64,000 nt of DNA from contig OZ059895.1 of the NCBI GenBank assembly GCA_964057225.1, forward strand, positions 16,988,001 to 17,052,000, in the 5' to 3' direction. The notes below the pieces were generated by a model. That model had not been told where the DNA came from. It saw nothing but the letters and a program-made list of their open reading frames with translations, and made no database searches. This stretch comes from Auanema rhodensis. Taxonomy: Eukaryota > Animalia > Nematoda. Below are positions 50,864 through 64,000 of this stretch, one piece after another; the first letter of the stretch is position 1, and the number at the start of each line of letters is the position of its first letter. The translations under genes and the position numbers were made by a program.

Positions 50864-53800
50864 ATGGTGCAGCAACAAGATGTGGAAGACGAGTTCGATC
50901 TGGAAAAAATTGACACAGAAATGCGTCTCGAAAAGATCAGACAATCTGCATCAAAGCTTACATGGGATGATTTCACAGGTGCCTTGCATCGTAATCTAAA
51001 GGTTAGTAATTGTTTTTAACTTTTGACTTTCAATATATTCATAGTAAACTCAATATATCTATATTCAGGAGAAGAAGTATGTTTTGGATGCGGATGGAAA
51101 ATTGGATCTTCTTCAAGCTATTGTTTACATGAAAAAAAATTTACCAGTAGATGAAAATGCTGATATGACGGGACGTTTGAAGCAACTAGCAGATAGTTTA
51201 GAGTTAGTCATTTTACATGAGAGTCTGATTCGTATAATATTTTTATAGATGCTCATTAGATTTCTCAATGGGAACGTATAAGTTGAAAAACAACGATATT
51301 TATATTGAATTAGAATCTGAAAATAATAAGGTTACTTTATAAATAAAAATCAATTATTCATTATTGAGTTTTAGTTACAAACCTGTAAAATTGGTTATTA
51401 TGGGCTACCTCCTCAGGTTAGTATTGAAGGATGTAGTTTTTTGAACGATGGCGATTATAATACTTTCCGTTCTGCTGTATTTTCTATGCTTTCTATTATA
51501 CCAAATTTTGGCAATAATTTGTAAGTTTTCCTGTGAATCCTGAGTTTTTTTATTTGTTTTTTTTTTCAGGGAACATAGAAAGAATTGCTCAAAAGCTTTA
51601 GAAACATTAGAGAACTTTCTTAAGCTGCAAACTGGAGTTCCTTCTTTTAAATCCGTTAATAATTTACCTTATGGATGTTTCCGTTCGCGTTCTCCTCTAC
51701 ATGCCGGTAGAATATATTATTCTGCTGAGCCGAGCTATGTCAAGGCTGCAGATAGAGTAGAATTCTATGAAGAAACCGGTACGTTCCAAAAATTTTGTTC
51801 TAAGACCAGGATTCTTTTTAGAATTTTCCAACTTACCTCATCTGGAACTCAGTATCGTTCATCATGATAAGCCAACCGAACTACCTGCGGGAAACTCTCA
51901 ATCGTTAGTTTGTGTGTTCATATTTTGCAATGCGATTTTTTATTTTAGAGATCCCTGGAGTCACACGAATTCTATTCCAGCATGTCTGTGCTTGAAATTT
52001 TCCATTCCCATCATATTCTCATATAGTACATGGCAAAAACTCGAGAAATATTTAGCAAAGCCATCAATTGCTAAACAACATGTGAATCTCTACAGACATA
52101 CCAGTAGATTTGACTTCAAGGTTTTTTAGAAATAGCTTGTTTTATATTTTGAAATTTCTAACAGGATTCGAATTTGGTACTTAAATCATGTCTACCTGGA
52201 AATCTTCTGCAGCATCATTATATTATTAATTCTGAACTTTTGAAAGAAGAGTCTGATGTTGTTATTAGTGAGCTTTTCTTGCAAGATTCTAAAAATTTAG
52301 ATAAGGTTTGTATATCTTCTAATTCTTATTCTATGTTATTCTTATTTAAGGTTATTGCTCTTATTAGATCTCAACAAATGCATAACAGTCTTTGGGAATC
52401 TATGTTGTCCATGTGTGTTGGAAAATGGAAAGGCGGAGAAGTTGCTAAAATGAAAGTTATTCCAGCTGCAACTCGCTTTGAAGTTCAATATATGGGTCTG
52501 AATGGTTTAATTTTGGGTAAGATATTTTGATTTTACAAGAGTTTCTTAAAACTGTTTTTAGTACGTTTCGAACAGAACAAGGAATTCAAATGGTCTGCAA
52601 CCGTGTACGAAGGAAATGACGTCCAGCCAGCCTCAAGAGAAGTAGATGCGAGGATAACTGAAATGCTTTTGAAGTAGGATGCACCTAAGTTATATCATTT
52701 ACTTTTTATCTTGGTTTAGGTCCTATTCGATCCCATGCGCAATGACCCGGGTGGTATCTGCTTTTCCTTCTCTATCAACACACGATCCAGCTGTACCCAC
52801 GTTTGATTCGTCTGTTGTTATTGAGAAAATGGATAAAGTTGGAGATGCTTGGTTGCCTGTTAAGCGTAATCCTCAGCCGAAACCTAAGTTTGTGTATGAT
52901 GTTGAAGACGATCCAAGTCCGGGCGCGCTTTTGGCTTCCTTTAAAGAAGTTGAAATCATAATTGAACAACTTCCATCTAGACCAGAAGCGATGTCCCGGA
53001 CAATGCGTTTACAGTCTGATACTTCTTATGCTAAAGCTAATGATGATATGGTGGGATATAATAATTTATGTACTCTTGGTTACCGGCTAATCCAGCTGGG
53101 TCGTTCGCCCAATATGCTTCCCATTTATTGCTAAAAGAAAAAATAGACAAAAATATTATTGAGGGAAATAGTGGCAGCCCAGTTGGATCGGTTGGTTCCT
53201 CCAGGGTCACGGCAGCAGAAAAGACTGACTCGTGTTGCTTCAGGCAGCTATATTCGAAATTGCGGATACTATGGAGGATGGAGAGATGAAGGCTTCGACA
53301 CCTGTTGTGACGAACCGACACGAGTCGAGTCCTGCTCCGCGGTCTGCTGGAGGAATCACTCAAATAAGCCCATTGGAAGCGGCTAGACAAAGAATGACGG
53401 TTGGTTTATTATCAATAGAACTGAAAAATAAAACAGAAAAGCAAAATACGAAAATACAACGACAAGCAAAGTATCATAGTAATACAAACAAGAACAATGT
53501 TTCTTTGTGTTCTTAAATCTAAAAAATCGACTTATGTCTTCATGAAATCGTTTGTAGCATAGTGTTGGAGCTGCTACAGCAGTGGGGTTGGCCAACGTGC
53601 CTGCTACTGTTCCTACAGCTGATGTATTTGATTTTTCTGATGATCGTTCTATGAATAATATTTCTCAATTCCCTTCACCATCTTCTCAACTTGCCGGATT
53701 CACCTATCCAACGGCGATGACAAGTCCCATAAGTTCTCATATGAGAGGAGGTGAGCAACGTGATGAAAAGCGTAAAATATGCTTGAAAGTTCAGGCCTGC

Positions 53801-56591
53801 AACCTAATGCTAAACCACGGCGGGCTCGTGGTAGAAAAGTGGGCAATCTCGGTGATAGAACTGCATCAACTGATAGTATTCTGAACATTGGGACAGGAAT
53901 GGCTGATTATGCTCCAACTGGATCCCGTAGAGGCCGAGGTTGATATTTGATCCAAAAATTGGCCCATTCACAGTTTTTAAGGTAAAACACCAGGAGCAGG
54001 TAGAGGCCGAGGCTCTCGTGGAAAAAAGAATTCAACTGTTGTTACCACTCCTACAGAGATGGAACATCGGCCAATGCTTCAACGGTCATACAGTGAATAT
54101 ACTGGTGTCAACCCGATCAGTATGGTTTTTCTGAAAGAAATAAAAGACAATCCTCTTACAGTGTATTCTCATTATCCTCAAGGAGCACCTAATCTTGATC
54201 CAATGCAAATGATGCCTGAAAAACCTCACATGCCTTTCATGGAGGAAGAATCCGATGATGAGCATTGTGATCCACCGCCACCCCCAAAGAACTTAGGACT
54301 TCACCCTCCTGGACAATACATGCAGGGACATCAATCCGCTATGCCATCACCGTCTGCTGGTATGTATCATCCAAATCAATCACCGATGATGATGGTAAGA
54401 GTTGTTACTATTATTACTTCGATTTATATTGTTTACTTCAGGCACAGTCTCCTGCTTTCCATAATTCTCCCTTGGCTTCTTCTCCTGCTTCAACATTTTC
54501 CGATTTCAAAGGTTCTGTTAAACATGGCAGAAGAGATACTACTGACACTCCACCTATTCCAAGTCCTTTATCAAATCCCAACTCAATGTCTGCTTTATCC
54601 ATGGCTCATACTCCACCTATTCCTGGTGCTGCACCATCTCCTGCACACATGCCGTTACCGTCTCCACTTTCTACAAATGCACCGGGGCTTATGTCGCATA
54701 TGTTATCTATGCCAACAGCTTCCACGGCTGCTCCTCCAGTCTCAGCACATGCTCCAACTCCCAACTATGGCCGAGTCACTACCCCAACTCCTGTTACGTC
54801 TGCTCCTGTTCCGACCTCAGTTCCAACTCCTGCCCCTGCACCTGTACCCGCACCCGCGCCTGCCCCAGTTCCAGCTCCTACTCCTACTCCTACCCCAGCA
54901 CTTCCAACATTGACTCATCTCAAAGTGAAGGTTAGGACTCTTGTTAGGTAAGTCAAATTGAATTATACTCCGGTGAATCATTTTCTTTTTTTTCAGTGAT
55001 TTGTACGACGATGGTGGTGATTCGCCGCCCCCACCTGAAGAAAGAATCCCTGCTGCTATTTTAGGTACTAGCACTTCGAACTTATCTTCGAGCTTGGTAA
55101 TAATGCTTTTAATGTCATGTTGAAAAAGAAACTATTCTTTTAGAATATATCAAGTGTGTCTAGTTCTCCTAGAGAAAATTCCAATGACTCTACTACATCT
55201 CAGATCAAATCTGATTCGAGCAAAATTATTCTCAAGGTTTTTTAAAACATGCTCTGTATAAATCTCATGGGTTTTTCTTAGATTCCCAAGCCTCAGAGAG
55301 CTACACCTACTTTTGATGTCCAGAAGCCGAAATCTGGATCTGGAACCCACAAAGCTGAGCGAGCAGAGAGATCCGAAAAGAAGAAAAAGGAAAAAGATAA
55401 AGAGCGTGAAAAAGACAAGGAGAAAGAACGAGATAAAGATAGAGAGAAAGACAAAGATAAAGATAAAGAAGAAGCTAGAAGAAAACGTAAAGCAGAATCT
55501 AGCAAAGATAGAGACTCTAAAAGATCGAAGGTATCCCAACTTTTCTATCTCTCTTCTTTATAAAAGCCTTCCAATTCACAGATCTCATCAAGCTCTGCTC
55601 ATGCTTCGGATAAAATGTTGCCAATTTTACAATTTGGGGCTCCAATTAATAGTTTAAAGAATTTCAAAATTCCAAAGGTTTCGATAAGATTTGACTTCCT
55701 TTATTGATATTCTATTTCAGAGAGAAGATAATCGTGATTCTCCTAAAGATGCTAAAGATTCTTCAAGCGCACAGAGTTCTGATCGCAGTTCTGGATCATC
55801 AGGTTCCCTCCCTTTCTCGTCTTTCAAATATTTTTTCTTATTTAGCTCCTCCTCCACCCCCTCCTCCACCTAAACCTATTATGAAAAAACCTCATATGCC
55901 ACCTCCCAATATGAATCGAGGTTATATGGTTGGAATGCCGCCGGGCCAGCGAAAGCCGATGTCTATGATGGATCACGGTCGAAGGTTGCTTATATGATTT
56001 CCTGAATGTGTGTGAGATGTAAGATTATACTTTCAGGCCTCCTCTGATTCCGGGACCACCATCAAGTATTCCATTGCCTAAAGGCCCTCCCCCGCCTTCC
56101 AGACCTTTGGCCGGACAATGGGTGCGCCCACCATCCAGTAGCATAGCAAACAATCCGCCAACAGTGCCATCTCAATCGCCCTATTCACACTTGCCACCCC
56201 CAAGGTATGTCTTTTGAAGTAACTTGTTTAACGAATTGTCTTGGTTATCATCTAATACTTGCGTTATTAAAAGGTGAATTACACATACAATATCGCAATG
56301 TTCTTCAAATAGTGTTAAGTAGTTAAGTTCACAATGTTGTATTGTCCCGTTTTTGGGTAGCCACCTATTTTGAGCCGCTTTTATATCGCTTGCCATCTCA
56401 TTCTTTGTTATTTGCTCAGCTTTTATTCATTTGCATGATTTGTTTTCTAATGTTAAGCTTGCTGCCCATTAATTCCACTCTCAGACTTTCATTTTATCTT
56501 CCCTTTCAGGTCGCCGTCACCAGAACAACCCAAGATGCAGATAGAAGATCCCAATAGTCCGGAGGACTCACTCAGAATTGCTGATGACTAA
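50864..56591 (+). CDS. mdt-1.1: Mediator subunit MED1 (SOP-3/MDT-1.1-like)
   Basis: N-terminus EMRLEKIRQSASKLTWDDFTGALHRNLKEKKYVLDAD resembles my recollection of C. elegans SOP-3. Followed by a globular region, then a long Ser/Pro-rich, RGRG-containing and KEKDKERE low-complexity tail; stop TAA 56589-56591. Confidence 0.72.
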
Positions 56592-57466
56592 CTCCAAACC
56601 TAGTACTTAGGACCTTTAAATATGTGATATATCATGCAAATCTTACTAATATTACTTTTTCTTGTATTATACGCTTGAGAAAAGTACGAGTTTTGTACAT
56701 TCTGCCGTTTTAAGTCTGGCTAGACTACTCTCTCTAAACTGTTTGATGAAGAAAGAAACACCTGGCTTTTAGATTTAAGTTAATTCGTATTTTTGTTTTT
56801 ACCATTCTCAGATCTCAACCGGTTTTGCTATTTTATATTATAATTTTTAACTTAAATATTTTATTTATGAATTGAAGAATAGAGGGTGTATGCATCTATT
56901 GTAGGCATTGTCAAATTTACGAGTGATTATCGTTAAAAAAATATTTTAAAGAAAAAAAGATTCATTTTATAGTTTAGAAAGTATGAAGTACACAATTCAA
57001 ACAATCAGAAAATAAAATGTGAATGTATATAAGCAGAAATGGTCCAAATATCGCAAGTTCTATAAAAGAATTTAGGAAAAAATTGCATCTATGCAACGAA
57101 AAACGGCCTGCAAGAAAACTGAAAGTCGAATGCGTGTACAAGACGAGTTTGACTTATCACAGTAACACGTTCTGAGCAATATAATTCAGAGATAGATTCT
57201 ATTTAAATTAGTTCTGATACAGAATGATTCTTGGAATAGATTCCACAAATGGCAATAAGTTAATATAACGATAGTTTTTTCGGTTAAAAACGCATAGTTT
57301 GACTAGATTTTAGATAGCACCTTGATATGACCATATGATGGAAGCAATATATAAATATGGAAATGTTACAAATATACAAAGTTCTCTCTCAATATGAAAA
57401 GAGAAGCTGGATAAATGACAAGAATGGAATTGGACACGTTTGATGGTTGAAAATGTAAGAGAAAAA

Positions 57467-60400
57467 TCAAATATATTGAGGTTGTTCCTGACCCGTTAGT
57501 AGGCGGAACATGGAGGTCGGCATGGTTTTCATATGAATCTCACCTACAGCAGTAGCTAACATATTTACGATCCTATCATGGGCTACTGCCACCACAGAAT
57601 GGCCATTGATCTCAATAATTCTGTGACCTACACGAATTCCACCTCGTTCAGCAATACCTCCTACAAAACAGGTATAAATTCAAATAAAATTGATGAAAAT
57701 GTTTACCACGCAATAATGAGCAAATCACTCCATTTTGCACAGAAAAACCTAATTGATATTTGGTATCCGGCCTTCTAATTCGGACTTCAACAACTGGTGG
57801 CGTTGAAACAACTGTTAGTCGGACAGCAGTAGCAGACCTGACCAAACACAGCGTAATTGATGAGTATAACTAACTACTTACTTTGCCTTCTTAATATTTT
57901 CCTGGGCGGCGGACAATGGTAAGCCGACTAAAGAAATCCCGTTGATATTTATAATTTGATCACCAATATTCAATTGGTTAGATCGGGCAGCCGGACCCGT
58001 TGGGTTCATATGAGCTAAAACAACAGTGGGAAGCATAGAACCCCATCCACTTTCCACCTTAAAAACAATTAAATTCATGAAAGGCACCGAAAACCAGAGA
58101 AATTACCACAACAACACCTAGAGGTTCTCCAGATTTTTTAGGAACTACAACGTCTTTTTGAGTTTCTTTACGAGCAAACATTTCAAGCTCATCCCCCAGT
58201 AACTCTTGGGAGTTTAAAACTTCCTATAAATTCAACGCAAAACATAGAATATGTACACAAGAGAGAATACTCACTTGATAATCGATATGTCTCAGATATG
58301 ATGGATCGTCAATGCCATTCGCTCGCAGAAACTCTACATAAGCAACCTGAAAAGTGCTAGGTAGATGAGCCGCAAACGACATGTGAGAAATACTTGGAAT
58401 GCTTGTCCAATTGATTGAGCAATGAAAGAAGCTTCATCCGATTCGAAAACGTGACATATGACCTTTGGGGACTTTTTAACTCCTTCAATTCTGGAACAAT
58501 GAAGTAATTATTTATGAATTAAATGGTTCCTATGCATACTGGCAGCAGTGCTCATCGCTGTCACTTGGAGACATTCGTCTAGCCATTAAGACAACAAGGT
58601 CACCAATATCAGCAATGTATGAAATAGTACGAAGAGCATGATCCATTAAAATATCCTGAAAACCACAAAAATGCTCAATATGCAAGTTTTTAAAAGCGCA
58701 AGAAGTGGGACTAAAAGCGAACAAAGGAATGCAACACAACAGTTAACCAACCTGCCGAACGTCGGTGTCGGATATGCGCTGAAGAAAGGACATTGGACAT
58801 TAGGAAAAAAGGAAACAAAGGTAATCTCAAAGCCGTTTACGACAGAGATGGAAAGCAAATTTACCTGAAGATCGGTGTTTAAGACCATGATTTTTTCAGT
58901 TGATATAAAGAGATCAATTTCGGTACTAGGTTGTAACTCGCCATCGGGAGCCTGGAACATTAGGCTTTGTATATACAACGAATTCAAATAGCTTAGGGTA
59001 CCTTCACACGGGCTACAGCTTCCTGAGCTTGAGCCATCCTAGCTACCTTGCTGCCTCTCGTTTCACAGACCATCTGTGTAGATCCCAGGTATCGAGCTCG
59101 AAATAGGACACCCTCGATAAGTACGGCAGGTTCATGCACCATTGCTGTAAAGTAGATAAGATATTTATTTCGTTCAATACAGTTTGAGAGCTAAAAAGGA
59201 CTACTATAACCAAATGGAAGATAGCGCCACAGCACGGCTGTCAAAAAGTTTGGTATAATTTAAAAAGTAAGGTGGAAACACAAGAGCACAACCACGTCAT
59301 AGGTAATAGACAAGCAAGAAAACGGAAAATCGTCTATGTAAAAGCATTAGAGCAACGAAGCAGTAGATAGAATAAACTAACTGATCAATTCATTCCCTTA
59401 ACCAAACTCTCAGGTTTACTTACCCAATGGTGAATCAATTCGAGGATGTTTAGGAGAATGACAAGGCGATTCTTCATCGACAACTAGGGTTAACGTTTTT
59501 TGCGATTAAGAATCATTGAGAAAGGGAGTTATGGTTTTAGTTCAACTTTTTTTTTGTGTTAGTGCTCCAGTGCGCCAAATTTACGGGAATCAAATAAATA
59601 ATACTTACTTTCTCTGCTACTTTTCTTTTTGATTTCGGGGTGAGAATTATCTCCTGAACTTATAAGCCTATCAGTCTCCTGTTCTTCTTCGGCATCATTA
59701 TTATCGGGAAGAGTAGATGATACTTCTTCACCCCAATTATCATTCTGCAAAATATGTTATGAACATTGATAATAAAGTGTCGCTCTTACGCTTGCAGCAG
59801 CTGATTCCTCCTCCTTTTGAATCTTTTTCTGATATGAATCACGTAGAACCCAAATAGGATCATCGCCATTTTCCTTATTATCTTCAGGCCATGGGTTATT
59901 TGAAGATGTAGACGGCTTCAAAGTTTATAATAACATTAAAAACAATTATTTATAATTGTACCATGCTTGTTTTCCGATTAACTGGATGAGTGGGGGGAGG
60001 TGGTGGAGCTATTCCTCCCTTTCCAAACAATTGCTGGGCAGTAGCACGAGGTGGGGGTTGCTGTGAATCATATTCCACGTCGTCAACAGGAGGTGAAATC
60101 TGAGGGTTTTGATTTTGTGGAAAAGGTGGTTGAGTAAAAGCGGAAATAAGTTGCTAAAGGCTAGAGCTAAAAAGCGATAATAAAACATCAAATACCTCTG
60201 GAGTAAACGACGGTTGATCCCCAGTTGATAAGGATGACACAAAAGGATTAGAGGGGGAAGGTTGGACAAACGGATTTACAAACTGTTGTGTAGGCAACCC
60301 AAGTTGTCCATACGCGGGAATAATATGTGGCATTCCCATTTGAGACATACCAGAAGTATACATAGCGGGTTGCGAAGCCTAAACGATTGAGATAGGGAAA

Positions 60401-63315
60401 ATAAAAAATGGAAAAAGCAAAAAACAGCAAAACAAAGAGAAAGTCATACCATTGTTGAAGTTTGAGTAGACGTCGGCTGAGTCGAAGGAGTAGCTGTACT
60501 AGGTCCTGATTCAGGCAAATTGAAGGATGATCGCAATTGATTCAGCGTTTCCTTCGGAGGTGAAACTTTGGGAGCAACAGGTGGGGTATAAGGCAAAGCA
60601 CACTGAATAGAGAACGTGTACAAATGAAGAAACCAAATGCTAGCAAGCACCACAATATCAATAGAAAACAACACAAGTCATGACAGAAACAGCATGACAC
60701 ACAAAATTACCACGACAGAGGAGTAACAATAGATGAAAAAGGTAGCATTTCTTGACAAAAGGTCAGGAAAAGAAGAATCTACATTACGACAATAAGTCAT
60801 GCACACTTCACAACTTCGGTAGTCCCACCTGATCTGCATTAATTGCGTGAGGAAAAGAAGGAGCAAAGTTGTTTTGCTCATCAAGTGATGTCATATTGGA
60901 AGGAATAGCAGGTATGGTAACTACAGATGAGCCAATAAGTTCTGCCATTTCACGGTCATCGATCTAAAAGGACGACCCCCAGTTAAAACTATGGAAACCC
61001 GTTGATGTTTAGCAGAAATTCTAATTTCCCCGATTTTAAATGTTTGTCTAGATGGTAACACTAAGGAGAAGTGAACCGTAGAAAAGGAAATAGGAAAATT
61101 CTGGAGAGCATGCATAATTGAACAAGAAAAAGAGATTGAAAAGTAATGGAAATGTGATTAAACATTGAATAAAAATTCAAGAAAAATGTGATAAATCACG
61201 AAAGTGATAACAATATGATAATTTGTCTATTAGATATGAAAAAACACTTACTTTCTTTATGTTCTTGTTTTGGGACCTTCGAGCTACTTCCTTCTCAATT
61301 TCACTCATCTGTTTTCTAATGAGATTGGCAGTTCTCTCATCTTCTGAAGCACTTTTACGTTCTTCTCCCAAGCAATTTTCTGCTTGGAAATTGCTTATAT
61401 CTGATGAACTATTATCCTGCAAAAAGTTAATTAATATGCAATTAATACTTGATATTCACACCTTTTCGTTATGTTCCAACGTCCTCGCTGGCGTCCGCTC
61501 GCTATCAGACTCTGACGCAGTCTTACTCCTATGGCTAGCATCTAAAATATTTGAAAATAGATTGAGAAACTTTTTTTTAATTAATATTCATGTCAATTTA
61601 GAAATTAAAAATTCTTATTTAACAATAGACATGCAACTTATGAATCTTTCTACGACCTCTATCATCTACTTAAACTACTTTACTCATTCCCTAGCGGGCA
61701 TGTTTTCGCGTCAAGTATTGAACAAATCCCCTTCGAGCTGCTCTTGCATGAATTAATCACATGTGAGAACCTCGCTCATCTCTTGTTCCTCCCTTGTTAT
61801 CGATTTCAAATGTACTCCATATATTAGCCAAGTAAACCCCAATAAACAATAGAAAGTGAGCATGCAATATAAATGAAGACTAATTAAGCAACTAGAAAAG
61901 CGGAAACATTGAGCTGGCTGCAGCACGCAATTTTCTATTTGATAGCCTGTCTGCCAAACCCAGAACTCTTCCTGCACATTTCTATCGAACCCATTTGCCA
62001 CTTCAGGCGTCTATTAGAAACAAGCTTGAAACTGAAGAAGAGACAAGCCAAACGACGAGAATAGACGTTGCTTTGAGTTAATAGCACCCTGGTTGGTGAC
62101 ATATATTCTCGTTGCTTGCTAAAACTATACTTGCATACTGATGTCTGCGAGATCGCGCATCATGAATATACTAGCACCTATCAACATCATAGCTAGCTGC
62201 TAGATGTGGCTTGAGTATCCCGAAGATACATACATAAGTAAAAATGATTCAACTGCCAAACTATTGACTAGTCTTTTCAACAAATATAAAACTTTCTCAC
62301 ACCACCAGCATTTCAGAAACGACAAGTCTTGAAGAAGGATTAAGAGAGGCAAATCTTACTGGTTACCCCAGGGAAAAGAACAGAATAATAAGAAAACAAA
62401 GAAATTTTCTTAAAATCAAACCTGGAATATTCTGTAGTATTTGTTCTGTATTTTTTATAGATGAGCATTCAGCATCAAGTGCAAGGTCTGACGAACTGGA
62501 TTCGGTAACAATTGGGGCAACCGTAGCAGTTGGAATCTGGCAGAAATCACATAAAAACTAGTTCAATACAAACACGGGGCAAACCTCATAATGCCCATTT
62601 TCAGTTAAATGGGTATTCTTTAGAGAATTAACTGCCTCATTAACACTATCGGCTTGTGATGCCTAGAAATAAGAATAAACAACCGCACAGCTTATTCACA
62701 ACAAGTAAAATTATTTTTAAAAAGAATATGCGTTAATCGCGTGCATTGATAAATTTGCGGTTGAAGTTTTTATGAGCATGAGCACATGATTCATAAAAAC
62801 TATGAGAAAAAAGAAAATTGAAAATAAAAAAAACGTAATGAAGGAAATTCTGAAAACACAAACCTGACTAGAAGGGCGATTAGGAGTTGGAGCCATGAAA
62901 GGCATTGGGAACGCCATAGTCTGACCAAACTGACTAGATGCAGCCATCATTTGTTGAAAATATTGCTGCATCATCTCTTGATATTGAGCTGGGGAAAATA
63001 CCATTCCCGGAACAGCACCAGGCGCAGCCTGTCCATCTGTTTGTTGTGGAAGAAAAGGAGATATAAATGGATTAAAGAAAGGTGGAGGCATGGCCATTTC
63101 TGAAAATTCGACATTCAACAACAGAAAAGGTCATTCATTCACAGCTTTCCCATGCTACTTAGCATGGCTCGTTTCAAGTGGTTGTAATCGGACACAAAAC
63201 GATAAAACTTACGGAACGGTGCTGGTTGGCCTTCGTTGGTTAATGGTGTTGGAACCGTTTGAGATGTTCCAGAAGAACATGCTTGTACATCGGGAGATTC
63301 TGCTCCCAACGACAT
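57467..63315 (-). CDS. lin-10: LIN-10/Mint/X11 adaptor (PTB + 2 PDZ)
   Basis: PTB ([16 protein letters not shown]...[16 protein letters not shown]...AQSIGQAFQ), PDZ1 ([16 protein letters not shown]), PDZ2 ([12 protein letters not shown]), end [11 protein letters not shown]. The putative start at 63315 follows a TTTCAG acceptor; further upstream exons cannot be excluded. Confidence 0.93.
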
Positions 63316-64000
63316 GGCTGTGACACTCACCTGAAACGATAGATGAAAATCAACGTAAAAAGATAAAAGGGTTGCAAATATGGAAAATGATTGACATGTA
63401 TCTAACGTAAGATAGGTCATTTATGCTATCATGATAAGAAAACTAGGCAGAGTTCCAGCTCAAATCAATGTCAAAGTACGACGCATAAATATGATATAAA
63501 TCTATCGATAACAAAAAATGTGAAGCTTCTAGTAGGAGCCCAAAACGATGGCACCCCATAGGCTTATAATACGAAGTTCAAGCTGAGAATATGAGGTAAA
63601 TTAAACATTTTCCATAAACTCTAATCGATGTTAAGGAAGGTCTCTAGTGTATGAATACGTCCTGGGCGTCTGACTCTGCCTAGTAAGCCGCGTCGCGTCC
63701 GCCCGCAGTACTCCGTAAATCTACACGCCTCAGCTGGAACAGTGCCCTTCCGATGCTATGAGGATGGGATCCGATATCCGTTTCCAGTTGCAATCACATC
63801 AGATTTAATTAAGAACTGTGTGGCGTCTTAGCAGTTTTGAGAAAAATCTCTCAAAAACATGAACTGGACATTCTCGAATGCAAAGAAATGTTGTTGACCC
63901 GATTTTCAGTTAATTATTTTATTTGGTTATGCTTTCAATATCGAACACTTTTGACGAGAGCTATTACTAATAATAATATTAACACAAGATAATCAATGAT

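Noticed and set aside
61223-61756. 177-aa plus-strand ORF
   Set aside because: Antisense to lin-10 exons and introns, non-ATG start, no motif.
63635-63650. GGAAGGTCT resembling RNase P CR-I
   Set aside because: No complementary CR-V/P4 partner downstream.

Overview
AT-rich genomic DNA from a rhabditid-type nematode: introns are typically 40-55 nt with TTTCAG/TTTTAG acceptors, and long (GA)n tracts are abundant. The six-frame ORFs are mostly exon fragments, so genes were rebuilt by hand across splice sites and family calls rest on recalled motifs, not database searches. Genes in order: TSP-15-like tetraspanin (-, runs off the left edge); SAXO/FAM154-like Mn-repeat microtubule protein (-) with an upstream X-box; VPS13A/C (+); a carbohydrate sulfotransferase (-) whose start codon is overlapped by an upstream secreted-protein gene; an LRR-Ig-TM IGLR-like gene (+); an srh-type chemoreceptor (-); a cuticle collagen (+); PAL/pgal-1 (-); Mediator MED1/sop-3 (+); lin-10/Mint (-). 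The most unusual feature is a ~450-bp tandem unit pairing an identical tRNA-Ala(AGC) gene with a conserved 97-nt box C/D kink-turn RNA candidate. It occurs as a 4-tRNA array bracketed by inverted repeats (38.4-40.5 kb) and as a 2-tRNA copy inside an intron (34.4-35.2 kb). Also notable: one-repeat-per-exon architecture of SAXO, two apparent non-AG splice acceptors in VPS13, an ATGA stop/start overlap, a TTTCAG|GTGAGT re-splicing-type site at the lin-10 5' end, and two structured-RNA candidates.
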